64,000 nt of DNA, taken from the NCBI GenBank assembly GCA_002633005.1, contig NMRA01000755.1, positions 102,608 through 166,607 of the forward strand, written 5' to 3'. Under the pieces are notes generated by a model. It saw only the letters and a program-made list of their open reading frames with translations. It was not told the origin of the DNA and searched no databases. Below are positions 32,001 to 45,303 of this stretch, piece by piece. The position numbers and the translations under genes are program-made. This DNA comes from Phoronis australis. Lineage: Eukaryota > Animalia > Phoronida. How positions within the stretch are numbered: the stretch's first letter is position 1; each line of letters starts with the position of its first letter.

Positions 32001-33817
32001 TGGAACATTTCGGGATTTCTTGTATCCTCAATTTATTCCCCAATTTCATGAGGTATTGGATGGTTTTACGTCAATATCAGAGAATCATACACCTATACAA
32101 TCACGACAAGGCGTTACGATTATTGGCAAACACACTGTATCGAATGATGGAAAAAATGACATGTACATCAACCCTAAAATTGCGAATTCGAAAATGACTA
32201 GCGCATTTCCTGTGACTTGAATTGGTAGCAAAAATGGAATCCTATCACGGTGAAGAATATTAGAGGACCATTTTCAAGAGAGTAAAAGGCCTAGTTTGAT
32301 TTTCGTTTTTAGCCAGCTAAGCAGGGCGAACTGTTTCATCTGCCAACAACCCATTAAAGACCACCTTTCTCTTATATTCATGATCATCAAATTAAAATGC
32401 AGGTTCAGTTTCCAATGGTATTTCACTCGTTAAATATATTTATGTGAGCATATGGACCCGCCTTACTCCTTTTCCCCCTCATCTTGGTCTATTCCATTAT
32501 TCCCGTGTGTAGGACTACACTGTACATGTTTTTCCAGCCTTCGCATTGGTTTGCTGTAAGTTATCACGTGCCTCAAGTTTCGTCAGCTCTTGGCTCTTAC
32601 AGGCTGATGATTGTCACGTGTTTGTAACTTTCAGTCCCGTTTGTGTTTACTTTATTTAACTATAATTTTTAAGTTTTTAAAGTGGACGGGCTTCCGCGGA
32701 AACCTCAGTACAAGTTGAGGCAATTGAGTGGGTAACCCGGCATAACGCTTGAGTCAGCTGTCACACAGCCACGGCGATCATTTTAGGTGGTTGTTAACCG
32801 CCAAAATAAAAGTTAAACTAAAAGTTTCATATTAAATTGTTGTGTTGCATGAGTATTAAATGGCCCTAAGTTTCAACTAAACTAACTTCCGTTAAAATTC
32901 GTTTTATGACGTTTTTAACTGAAATCAAGTGGTAGAGTATCTGTAAAACACCCGCGCAACAGCTTATAGTAATCCGAAATATTGCAGCAACCCACTGCGC
33001 TCTCTAATAATATACTATCTTCAAATCGTATTCGAAGTTGACTGATACATATGCAAATGAATAGAGAGTTTCATCCCACAGACGCCTGCATGTATAATTA
33101 AAAATTAACAACCACGTGTAAGTGCAGAACATCTGATTTCGAGAACTTGTAAAATTTTTAATTCACAATAGTTACGTACGCCATATTGGAATCGTTTGCT
33201 GTCACTTGATATGCATGCGCTTTGATCAACTTACTTTCAATTGTGGAAAATATATGGTCTTGTCCGATGTAATGAATCGTGTGTAGAACGATAGCCAGGG
33301 TTACCTGAGCCTGGGAGATAGAAACCAATAAATTTCATTGAGTTCAGGTGGTACACGGGTCTCTACACCTGCGCATTAATACAAAAGTTTTTCCTACAAT
33401 CTATGAACCTTGACACCCAAACCATTGGTTATCAATGAAATATCCCTGCAAATCCTGTTCTTGACAAAAGATTGAGATGAGATGTTTTTTTTCATTAATG
33501 ACTCTTTACTGCAATCACACGTTGTTTGCTTGGATTCAAGCACAGTTGCTTGGAGACAATTTACATGTACTGTATACTTTGATTAATGGTGCGTTCACAG
33601 GTGTTTTTACAATTAAAAACTATTGGTAGAGCTTGATTTAGCGAATTGTGCACATGATTTGACTTTTTATTACTACGCCTACATCCCACGAGGACGTGGA
33701 AATGGTAATATTTGATGTCTCCTTAAGACAGTGGACACTTACCACAGAATAAAAAGCAACAAACAAAGTACCCTTCCGAGTGTTTTCAAAACACAGAAAA
33801 CGTTTGACCAGCGTCAT
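29022..33817 (-). CDS. Four-transmembrane LAPTM4-like (invertebrate DUF4728-type) membrane protein, ~243 aa, with two C-terminal PPxY motifs
   Basis: Phase-consistent GT-AG exons: 33817-33743 (MTLVKRFLCFENTRKGTLFVAFYSV), 33310-33235, 31963-31878 (...VLLLSCVLLVGVLL), 31510-31403 (DKRFLLLAWLILL...), 30586-30530 and 29351-29022 (AISNICVISQFQELSAGRG...PPPYTESPPPY...). An acceptor just upstream of the ATG implies a non-coding first exon. The family call rests on topology and motifs from memory. Confidence 0.8.
30068..30276 (+). mobile_element. Left end of a probable non-autonomous DNA transposon (CCCAG terminus), truncated at the N gap
   Basis: Begins cccagtaaaca and contains internal ggcccagtac sub-repeats. 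The 52-bp flank 30016-30067 is repeated at 30278-30329 without the insert. Confidence 0.65.
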
Positions 33818-34124
33818 TTTCTGAAAGTGCAATAAGAAAATTAGTTACCATCCAAGATAATTCGACATTTCAATATGACTAGCGGATAACGAACAGTTGA
33901 AATTAAGATCTTTGGCGCGAGTGGCACTGGCGCAGGTACGGAAGTAACTGATTTCGTTACGCCTCCAGGTCCCCAGTGAGGTCAATTACACTACAGACTG
34001 TATAGTACATGGACCGCCAACTCCGTATATTTTTCAGTTGAAATCTGTGATCTTACACATAAGCCGTGACGTCATTATTTACTATCAACACCTGGCAAAA
34101 TTAGCAAGTTTTACTTCCCGCAAG

Positions 34125-34240
34125 TACATACATACATGCACCCATACATACATACATAGATACATACATACATGCGTACATACGTACATACATGCATGCA
34201 TACATACATACATACATACATACATGTACACACACACATA
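34125..34240. repeat. (ACAT)n microsatellite, imperfect
   Basis: tacatacatacatgcacccatacatacatacatag... read directly. Confidence 0.95.
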
Positions 34241-35412
34241 TATACCATTCTGATAAAGCTGTTCAAGACACTTTGTCTAATATTGATCGGCTGAAAAACG
34301 AAACATGGACTCACAAGAAATAATACAAATAAAGATTCGTTCTAAAAAAGATCAAGTATTTATCAGAAATGTGCTTCTCACTGCAGAGGCATTGAAAAGG
34401 TGTCGGAATACCGCATCTATACACGAGTTGAAACACTCCAGTTATGGTTACATACCTGTCCTGAAGATCTATACACCCATATGAACAGCTAAAAGGCAAC
34501 ACTTAACTGTTTTAATCGCATTAGTCAGCTCTGCGTTCACATTTATACCAGAGTTCTGACACCATGTGTCAAAATATCGTGTTTTGTACACAACGTCTTA
34601 TTCAAGATAACGAAGTGAAATCTCTGATGTGGCTTCACGCTATGAAGCTAGATCTGGGGTCCGTAGTAACGATTTAACAACCATTTTGAGGAACTCCACG
34701 AAACATCAAGTTCTCAGTGGACGTTTCTTTCTAGCCCGACTTTCTTGTCGCGAACGCTAATTAGACAGTTTATATTCATACAGGCATAATATATTCAGCA
34801 ATGTGTCACTTCAAAATGTTTGTATACAGTATTTATAGCCATTTCTATCAAAGAACCAAAATATGGATTGACAGCAACAGAACACATTCGATTACGATTT
34901 TTAGGCAATTATTACGAAATATATAATGTACAACAATTAGATTTAAGCCCAGAAAGCGCTAAAAAGCAATATATCTGGTCGCCAAACATGTTACATATAT
35001 CCCTGTAGATCCGAGTTCATTTGTCGCAGTTCAGGTCCAGTGCTATTGAACACGTAGTGTTTTATTTGAATAGTCGATCATGTTGTTTAAGACTTTAAAA
35101 TTATAAATGGACGAGTGAGGTTGACGACCAGCAGCAAGTTTGTTCCAGCTGAGAATATTCAGGACCCTAACTGTGTTTTGAATCTTTGTATGCTTCCGTT
35201 GTCATGGCTACAAATGCCTGTTGTGATGCTTGCGTTCGGTAACAGTAATGTAGGCATGGGAGCACAACCAAGTTTCAAGATGTGTGGAGTGAGAAACAGT
35301 TTTGATTCGATTAATTTACTTCTATATCTATCCTGCGAACGAGTTTGTAACAGCAGTGGTTGTAATTTTTTCATCAAGGTATTGTGTGCAGGCCTATTTG
35401 TGAGAATAATTT

Positions 35413-38400
35413 CTCCTTCGAAGAAAGCGTTTCTCGAGTCGCTGAAGTTTTCGATGTTCCTGTAGGGTACGGTGAGAAATGTTTTAAGTCCTGTTTATGA
35501 TAGTAAGATATGTAAATCAGATTTCATTTTAGCCATTTAAACAAGGCGACATCCTCGGAAGAGAGCATGTAATATCAATGCAAATGAGACATTGTCGACG
35601 TGTGAAGCTAGTGTGACATACCGGTGCGGTTGGAAATTGATTTGAGAACCAGTTACCACCACTGAATAATGGGCGTTATTCAGTGGGAGTAACTGGTTCT
35701 CAATTTAAGGACCGATGTATCTGACGCCCTGCATGTCCATGATCTACGAAAGAGTTTTTGCGTGAAATGATTTTTCTGGCAAGAAAATGTTCCACGAAAC
35801 GTCAAAGGTTTGATTACTGGATAGATTGCGTGGGATATTCAACTGGAATTTTTGACGGGGCGTCCGCTGCTAGAATCTTTCGTCTCACCGAAGAAATTGT
35901 TCCGGGGGTTACCCCGCGCGGACAACATTTTGACGGTAGGCCTGGGTGCAGTTGGAAAATTAGGATACCAAACACACATTCGTAGGGAGCTTCCATGAGA
36001 AAGTCACCCTTTCCGAGTACAGGGCTTTGATCTAGAAACCTCGCCCTTTGATAGGGATTTTTGTGCACCCACTTCCATTAAACCTGAAAGTTCAAGTAAA
36101 CAAAATGTTGTCCGCGCGGGGTAACCCCCGGAACAATTCTTTCGGTGAGACGAAAGATTCTAGCAGCGGACGCCCCGTCAAAAATTCCAGTTGAATATCC
36201 CACGCAATCTATCCAGTAATCAAACTTTTTACCTTTCGTGGAGCATTTTCTTGCCAGAAAATCCTTTCACGCAAAAACTCTTTCCTAGATCATGGACATG
36301 CAACCTAAGTTTGTAGCAGGAAAAAATACTTTTTGTAGAGATTCGAGTCCCGTATATCTCTCCTATAGGCCCGGTATATCCCTCGAGAGTTTTCCTCTGT
36401 GCACTTGTCGTAGGTGGTTTAAACTCTGCAAAATGCCTCTTGGTTGCCGGATAAAATCCAGTGTACTGTTTTCTAGTGACAGTGCAAATAGCAATGAAAT
36501 TTGAAACCATCCGTAAAATTGTGTTGCGAATAAACATTTTGCAAAGTTGTAGCCCAAGTGTACACAGGAGCAGAAGTCCCGCACACACATTCTAGGGTAT
36601 TGCCGTCAAGATGGATTAGCCTCCATTGCTGTGTCGTAATATATACTATATAAACAGATAGGGGCTACATGTATATCTAGTATAGAATATTCCCACTATA
36701 TATGTGGGTGTGTTCGTATGTGCTATGCACGACGCCTCCTTGCAACAGGAGACTAACTCGTATTCACTGAATATAAAGCCAAACAATTAATACTATAAGC
36801 TTGTGTAAAGCTAAAGCAAGTCATAACTGTATGCTACAATGTTGAACGAGAGACCTTGTTCAGTTAACTTAGATAAGAACAAATTTCAGCTCACCTTGTT
36901 TCCTAAAACCCTTTTCGGATGCTCAGCTGTAGATGTCGGTGAGCGATTGTTAACTCGTTTTAATCGATGCTCATTTTTAAGCTTCGTGCAAAAATATCGT
37001 ACAGTAAATGGTCAACAACTGAACAAAAATTGATAGTTTCAGATGAGGCCCACCCAGTACGCCTGGGTAAACCTGACCGAGCACAGTGCACTATAACTAT
37101 ACTGTCTTTGACAACATGACCGGTATCCCAATCACCAGGTTTCAGAGCGAACATAAGAGGTGACCTACAATGAACTTGGGGTCGCGTTTCAGGTCAGATC
37201 GCGTTGACCAAACGTTCGATAAGCGATAAATGATTTTTGCTAGCAAAAGAAAGCATTGTACCTATAAAACACCTTGACCTGATGACCTTAGTCCCATTTA
37301 TATCTACATTCATGAAATCATCTGGTTTTATCATCCTTCTCACTCTTGCCACACAGCGGCAGGTTTCCCCTTTGCTGAAAAAAATGTCGATATTCTGTAT
37401 CCAAAGGCAAGAAGAATAATTTCATAACCCACCTTAAGCAATCTGTTGCCACAACGCTGTGCATTGCACATGTGTGCCTGTAACTGGCTTATTGAATGCT
37501 ATCCGCCAAACCAATTAATATGGAAATGAGTGACAAGCCAGTGTCCCGTTTCATGAGTAAAATAATTCATGTGCACAAAAGTCCGGTGAATAACAAAGCA
37601 TGACACTCAATTAATGGCCTGTGTACGCATAAATTACACTTGCTCTTTGAGCTATATTCCGCGGCTACAGGTTATTCAATGCTTGACCACGACTCAATTT
37701 AGTTTAGGGATAGTACATGTTGGAATATATGCGACATGAGCGAAGCGGTGGTTTATATATATTATCACATTTTACTTAGAATTTTGCTCCACGATAACCC
37801 TTCTGTCCGCAGTTGCAATATTTACCCACTGTTAAAGACATTGTTTTATTTTCTGTTCACAAGTTTAGATCACAGAAAAGGGTTCATGTATCGAAAGGCA
37901 TAGCAAATAGGAGCATTTCACAAATTGTAATAGTCAATAATGTTCAATCCTGCATACTATACTTGCATTTTCACTGACAATTCGTAGAAGGTGAACTTCA
38001 CTCAGTAGTGACGGCCATTCTATTACTGCAAAGCCAGAATTGAAAAATTTTGAAAGTTCCTAGTTACTTTCAGTGAAAACCCGGCCCCGAATAGGTGTAG
38101 AAAACGTATCATTAGGGAATAAAACTTGAGTGGTTTGCAGCGGCAATTTCCTTGAAAGAAGCGGGAAAGCAGGGTTTAGAACTTATGGTGTCGGATGATC
38201 TCGTTCCATAGATGCCATTACTTGTTTTCATAGCCAAATTTCCAGGAATACTTTTAGTGCTAGTCAACGCAGATGCACGAATAAAAAGGATCTGGAAATG
38301 GAACATTTTCAACTATTAACGAATGATTTTTCAAAATGTGAGTAACATTTTTCAAGCTCGTCAGCTAATGATAGTTATCAGAAGGAGACCAGGGCCCGGT

Positions 38401-41400
38401 CTCCAATCTCCGTACTCAGACTCATACTCATACTCGAGATTTCATACTCAAAATCGTGCTCACTGGAGTCGTACTCAAAAAAGCGTATCTAATGTCTTAT
38501 TTCGAGTAGACTCCAAACGTACTCAAATCTGACACTCATACTCGAGTTGCTATGGAACTCTTTATGATGTGAAGTGCAAAATCACGCAAAGCCGCGCTGA
38601 TTCATCGCTCGCTATNCTCCTTCGAAGAAAGCGTTTCTCGAGTCGCTGAAGTTTTCGATGTTCCCGTAGGGTCGGTGAGAAATATTTTAAGACCGGTTTA
38701 TGAGAGTAAGATATATAAATCAGATTTCATTTTAGCCATTTAAACAAGGCGACATCATTGGAAGCGAGCATGTAATATCAATGCAAACGAGACATTGTCG
38801 ACGTGTGAAGTTAGAGTGACATACCGGTGCGGTTTGAAATTGATTTGAGAACCAGTTACCACACCTGAATAATGGGCGTTATTCAGTGGGAGTAACTGGT
38901 TCTCAATTTAAGGACCGACGTATCTGACGCGCTACATGTCCATGATCTAGGAAAGAGTTTTTGCGTGAAATGGTTTTTCTGGCAAGAAAATGCTCCACGA
39001 AACGTCAAAGGTTTGATTACTGGATAGATTGCTTGGGATATTCAACTGGAATTTTTGACGGGGCGCCGTTCCGCTGCTAGAATCTTTCGTCTCACCGAAA
39101 GAATTGTTCCTTGGGTTACCCCGCGCGGACAACATTTTGACGGTAGGACTGGGTGCAGTTGGAAAATTAGGATACCTAACACACATTCGTAGGGAGCTTC
39201 CATGAGAAAGTCACCCTTTCCGAGTAGGGCTTTGATCTAGAGCCTCGCCCTTTGATAGGGATTTTTGTGCAACCACTTCCATCAAACCTGAAAGTTCAAG
39301 TATAATAAAACATGCCGTGTTGTTAAAAATTGTACATTTTTGCAACCTAAGTTTGTAGCAGGAAAAAGTACTTTTTGTAGAGATTTGAGTCCCGTATATC
39401 TCTCTCTCCTACAGGCCCGGTATATCCCTTGAGAGTTTTCCTCTGTGCACTTGTATGTAGTTTAAACTCTGCAGAATGCCTCTTGGTTGCCGGATAAAAA
39501 CAAGTGTACTGTTTTCTACTGACAGTGCAAATAGCAATGGAATTTGAAACCATCAGTAAAATTGTGTTGCGAATGGACATTTTGCAAAGTTGTAGCCCAA
39601 GTGTACACAGGAGCAGACTAAGTCTCGCACACACATTCTAGGGTATTGCCCTCGAGATAGATTAACCCCCATTGTTGTGTCGTAATAAATACTATATAAA
39701 CAGATAGGGGCTATATCTAGTATAGAATATATATGTGTGTGTGTGTTCGTATGTGCTATGCACGACGCCTCCTGGCAACATGAGACTAACTCGTATTCAC
39801 TGAATATAAAGCCAAACAATTAATACTATAAACGCTTGTGAAGCGAAAGTACATATAAGTCATAACTGTATGCTACAACGTTGAACGAGAGACTCTGTTC
39901 AGTTAACTTAGATAAGAACAAATTTCAGCTCACCTTGTTTCCTAAAACCCTTTTCGGATGCTCAGCAGTAGATGTCGGTGGTCGATTATTAACTCATTTT
40001 AATCGATGCTCATTTTTAAGCTTCGTGTAAAAATAACTTACAGCAAATGGTCAACACCTGAACAAAATTGATAGATTCAGATGAGGCTCACCTAGTACAC
40101 TGTACGCCTGGGTAAACCTGACCGAGCACAGTGCACTGTTAACTATACTGTCTTAGGCAACATGATCGGTATTCCAGTCACTGGGTTTCAGAGCGAACAT
40201 ATGAGGTGACCTACAATGAACTTGGGGCCGCGTTTCAGGTCAGATCGCATTGACCAAACATTCGATAAGCGATAAATGATTTTTGCTAGCAAAAGAAAGC
40301 ATTGTACCTATAAAACACCTTGACCTGATGACCTTAGTCCCATTTATATCTACATTCATAAATCCTCTGGTTTTATCATTCTTCTCACTCTTGCCACACA
40401 CCGGCAGGTTTCCCCTTTGCTGAAAAAAAATTGTCGATATTCTGTATCCAAAGGCAAGAAGAATAATTTCATAACCCACCTTAAGCAATATGTTGCCACA
40501 ACGCTGCGCATTGCACATGTGTGCCTGTAACTGGCTTATTGAATGCTTTCCGCCAAACCAATTAATATGGAAATGAGTGACAAGCCAGTGTCCCGTTTCA
40601 TGAGTAAAATAATTCATGTGCACAAAAGTCCGGTGAATTACAAAGCATGACACTCAATTAATGGCCTGTGTACGCATAAATTACACTTGCTCTTTGAGCT
40701 ATATTCCGCGGCTACAGGTTATTCAATGCTTGACCACGACTCAACTTAGTTTCGGTATATGTTGGAATATATGCGACATCGGTGAAACGGCATAAACTAG
40801 GTTTAGATATCGCATCTTACTTAGATGCAAGCAATTCTGTATTGCAGATTTTTCTCCACAATAACCCTTCTGTCCGCAGTTGCAATTAACCCACTGTTAA
40901 AGACAAAATTTTTATTTTCTGTTCAGACGTTTGGATCACAGACTAAAACATGGTAGTCATAAATCGAAAGGCATGGCAAATAGGAGCATTTTACAAATTG
41001 TAATAGTCAGCATGTGTTCTATCCTGCATATGTTTGCAATTTCAGTGACAATTCATAGAAGGTGAACTTCATATCACTGAGTAGCGAGGGCTATTCTGCT
41101 ACCGCAACGCCAGTATTGAAAAATTAAAAGTTCCTACTTTATAGATACATTCAGTGAAGGCCTTTTGTAGATATCAGTTGAGATATACATGTAGGCCTAT
41201 TTAGACTCGAGTGGTTTGCAGCCAAAGTTCTTTCGTGAGTATTTAATTAGAAAAAAGTGTAAAGGCATCGTTAGCCATCACAAATGAACGTAATGTTTTC
41301 AAGAAACGGGCCAAGTTGGATTTCCGGCGTTGGAAGTTCCGAACGAGTCGTCTGGCCTCGCCACTCAGACTTTGGTATAGGTGAACTGGTCGGGTCACGG

Positions 41401-41690
41401 CAGGAGACAAAATGATAATAAATAAAATAAAATATCAATACCGAAAGAAGGACTGAATTAATTAGAAACCAGATTCAACACTTTTCCCGTGCATGTAGAC
41501 GCAGTGTTTAGAACTTCCGGTGTCGGATGATGTTCCATGCAGACCATAGGTATTCGACGACCGGAGTGCCAGTCAACGTAAAATCAAGACCAGAAAGATA
41601 TGGGAATAGAACATGTTCAACCATTAACGAATGATTTTTCAAAATGTGTGCGAATATTTTTATTAGCTCGCTAGCTAAAGATGATTCCCG
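35413..41690 (+). repeat. ~3-kb direct duplication around N at 38616 (35413-~38380 vs 38617-~41690); probable alternate haplotypes
   Basis: Collinear and non-coding; nearly identical centrally and more diverged at the distal end. Confidence 0.9.
35730..36302. repeat. Long inverted repeat, ~200-bp arms (35730-35932 and 36101-36302) with a 168-bp spacer
   Basis: The right arm is a near-perfect reverse complement of the left arm. Confidence 0.92.
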
Positions 41691-44600
41691 GAAAGTGTTA
41701 GTTTACCACAAAAAATTGTATCTCGGTTATGTCTATACTATTTTTGCTGTGGTGATTCCGACCCTTGTGCGTGCTTTATAATTGGATTTTTTCTTTTCTC
41801 TTCACTGCTCAATCGAGAATTATGTTAATTAAGGTGCAAATTCAAGTGCATAGTTTGGACTTGCCTTGTTGGAATGACATGGTGTTACATTATTTATTGC
41901 GGTACCTCACCGCCGGTTCCAACAGATACCAACTATGCAGGCTCTCCTTGCAGAGGTACGCGGCACATGTAGGGTTACGTAGAGCTCACGAACTAAATCA
42001 GATGCATACACGTGTGCCATTTGGAAATCACTGGAAAGGACCGCAAATTTCAAATTAGAGTAAATTAATGTATCGATTGACTTTCGTGACTAATAAAGCA
42101 ACCTACAAACAGTTCGAGACTCTGACTGGAAATGTGTTCTGTAGAAGCACAACGGGCTGTAAAATAGGTCGGGGACTGGATAGTGAAAACCAGTCTTGGG
42201 GAGAGTGCTACCTTGTAAATCACATCACGTTATACTCCTTGCTTACAATGATGTGAACGATGAAGGGAACTGAGGTCAAAGCCATAAAAGCAGCACTTGA
42301 ACGCCGGGCAAGCATGAGGACGTGTGTAAGAGATAAAAAAAGCTATGGTTTGGAATCATGGAACAGTTATGTAGGACCTCAACAACAAGTCTGCGTGTTT
42401 TGTCAAAAATCTACTCGTTAAAAGTAAATATTTTCTAAAAGTGGGAACCCTGTAGAAGAATTTTTATTCGGCTTTTCATGATCTGCCCATATCTCACTGG
42501 GTTTAGGTCTGTTTCAAGTTACGAAATTATCCGAAAAGGATACAGTGATATCACGTTACCTGTATAAATTCCATGTCCACAATTTTGTTTGAGTTTACTA
42601 CTCATTGTGAATTCTATCCCCAAAACGCTGTTACATTTTTTGACATTGCTATCACTTCGTTTCTGTTTGATGCTGCTGGTTTTGACGTTTCTCGAAAATC
42701 CTGACATGTGCATTTGACAGCACTCACGCAAAGTGGAATATTTTAAAAGCAATTTGCGTAAACATAAGGTCATATGAAGGCTGAGCCATAAGTTGAGGTG
42801 CGTGCGACGGTTCCGACGTAGGACATTTTTTTAGGAACCTACAAGTGGGGATATGAGTGACGGTGACAACGATGAAATTAAAGTGCATTATGTATTGTAA
42901 CTTACGAAGTTTTTCTTTTGGCCAGGTATTTTTTAATGATTAGAATTAGCTTGGTTGCACTTCCAGCTGTAACATATTGGGCAATTTTTTTAAATTCAAG
43001 ATATCCTGGAGGAAATGAAACTTCACAGACACTAACGTTACTACGAACTTATTTCCCGTTACTTCTTGCATTATCATAAATGAACCGGATGATTATCTTG
43101 TACCGTGCGTTTACTACAAAATAACCCCCGATCGATCGTATTCCCTATGAGAACAAGCTAGGCTGCTGGATCAATGGGAAAACTAGGTCAGAACCCTCGG
43201 GCAGTTCAGGTGATTTATCAGTCTCGCCTAGAGCGCCATACTAGTGTACTGTTCCACTTGAAATGACCAGTCGAAACAACGCTAGCTGGGGTCCTTCAGC
43301 TGATGTCTGAATGCGGAATTTTGAATGAATATCGATTGTCACGCAAGATGTGAGATTTAATTGCCAGTGCATTCAATGAAACAATTCATTCTCTGTTGTA
43401 CTTTCACACGTTGGCCGGGTGAGGGTCAGCTCAGCTAAGGTCCCGAGTCCCGCCGGTCGGGCCTGTATCATCGTTTGGATGGAGTGGCCTTAACTTGGTA
43501 ATTCAGTCAGTGTCAATCAGATTCATTTCTTTCTCAAACTAAAGAATTACTACACCTATTTTGGCTTTCAGATAATCGTTGTATGAGCATTTGACTAGGG
43601 GCGCGCCCCGCGTTTCCACGTCGGGCCCCCGACCACAACTGCCTCAGTAATCTGGTCTACAGTATGCTTGTTGCACCACCCGCTTCTGAGTGACAATACA
43701 CACTTGACGACTGACACCGGGTACTCCCATTCACCGACGGAGATGAGGTCGAACATGAGTGTATTGCAATACAAGGTCACTCACTCGAATAAATACTGGG
43801 TTTACCGAGTGTCAAAAATATACAACACATTGCAATTTCAAAAACCCTGCGGCGTGAAAAGTACTCGTAAAATGACGAATCTTACGGCATGTAGAACTAA
43901 AAGCGCTTTATAGTCGATCAGAGATTTGGATGTGGCAAGTTGCATAAATGTAGCCTCTGCGACAATTAGGGAAAGGACTCAACACAATAGCAAATGCTGG
44001 TAGATTTTAATTCGCCTTCTGTAGGACCGGATTTTTCTATGAAAGTAACAAAAGTCCTATTTTTATAGCACTTCAGGCAAAAATCGAAGGATTTTAAAAA
44101 CAACCTCTTTGGGTTTTGAGGAATGATTGTATCGTGAAGCCTACACTGATCACATATGCTATTTCTCAGTGAAACATGATCCAAAGTTAATCAAAGTTAG
44201 TGAAACTTGGACATTTTTATAGGGTCCAGTATAACCTCAAGGGAATGCAACCTCAGGAGCAAGCAAAGACACAATACTACAGTTCAGTTTGATGGCTCAC
44301 ATAATTCCGGCGAGCGTAGGCCTATGTCACCACAAAGTTATAATTGGCATGTATGATTGGACGAAAGTTACGGATGGGTTTTGCTTCGCACGCATAATTA
44401 TTTATAACCGGGGGTGTTTCATTAACATAAAAAAATTGTCTGTGCTAAGTTTATCAAACAACAGCAAGTTAATCAAAAATGACACACAAACGGTCGAACT
44501 CCCCGTCAGTACTCGGTGAAAGACGCATCGGCAAAGTGCATCTCTTAATGGACGGTAGGTGACGGTGTTCACATCGGTAGGTCTTCTAAGGTGCGGATCA

Positions 44601-45226
44601 TGACCATAAAGCAAAAAAGTATAAGTGCAAGCCAAAATACGATGGAATGATGAAATTCGCGTAAGCTTTTGACGATGTGAAGGTAACTTTAATATGCGCC
44701 TTACATCTTGGTGCACATTATTTTGAATTTCACACTGAAATACACGGGTGTGATCATGATAGGCCTATCCTTAACGGTATCGTCGCAGGTATTGAGTGCA
44801 TGTATATATTTGTCCATGCTTTGTACTCGACAAAGGTGAAAAATACAGTATATTGCAATGCATGCCGTTACAAACAGTTCCGCACGCTGCTTTGTATCCT
44901 CATTTGATTCAAATTGGAAATTCAGTAACCCACAATCAGGTCAATACTTCAAATCTGTTCATATTCAATTACACTTTAAAAGTTGCAAAACTGGTTTGAA
45001 TAAAACTTCCCGGCGGACTGAGAATTTATCATGTCTCATGAATATTTTCAGTGCGACGTTTACCTATCACAAACAAGAAATGTTGTTTCACTTTCGTATT
45101 TGACAATATTTGAATAACTGTCTCGAGTGTTACTGAGATGTTGCACTTTAAATAAACGAATATTCGTGGAAAAGAGGTAAACTTGGTGCTCGTGAAATGG
45201 CGCATGAAGTAGGCCCTGTTCAACGG

Positions 45227-45232
45227 TATAAA
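45227..45232 (+). promoter_or_regulatory. TATA box of the olfactomedin-domain gene
   Basis: TATAAA 77 bp upstream of the ATG at 45304. Confidence 0.55.
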
Positions 45233-45303
45233 TACGAGTCGCCAATAAGACCACACCAAACAACGCTGAGGTTCTGGTTCATCAGGTTAGAGTCGCCGTT
45301 AAA

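Noticed and set aside
34038-34314. ORFs rich in HTYI or MYVC
   Set aside because: Translation of the (ACAT)n microsatellite.
35115-35465. Overlapping 116-aa (+) and 72-aa (-) ORFs, possibly a transposon fragment
   Set aside because: No recognisable domain or convincing splice context.
43595-43770. CpG-rich patch as a tRNA or SINE
   Set aside because: I could not establish a cloverleaf or clear A/B boxes.
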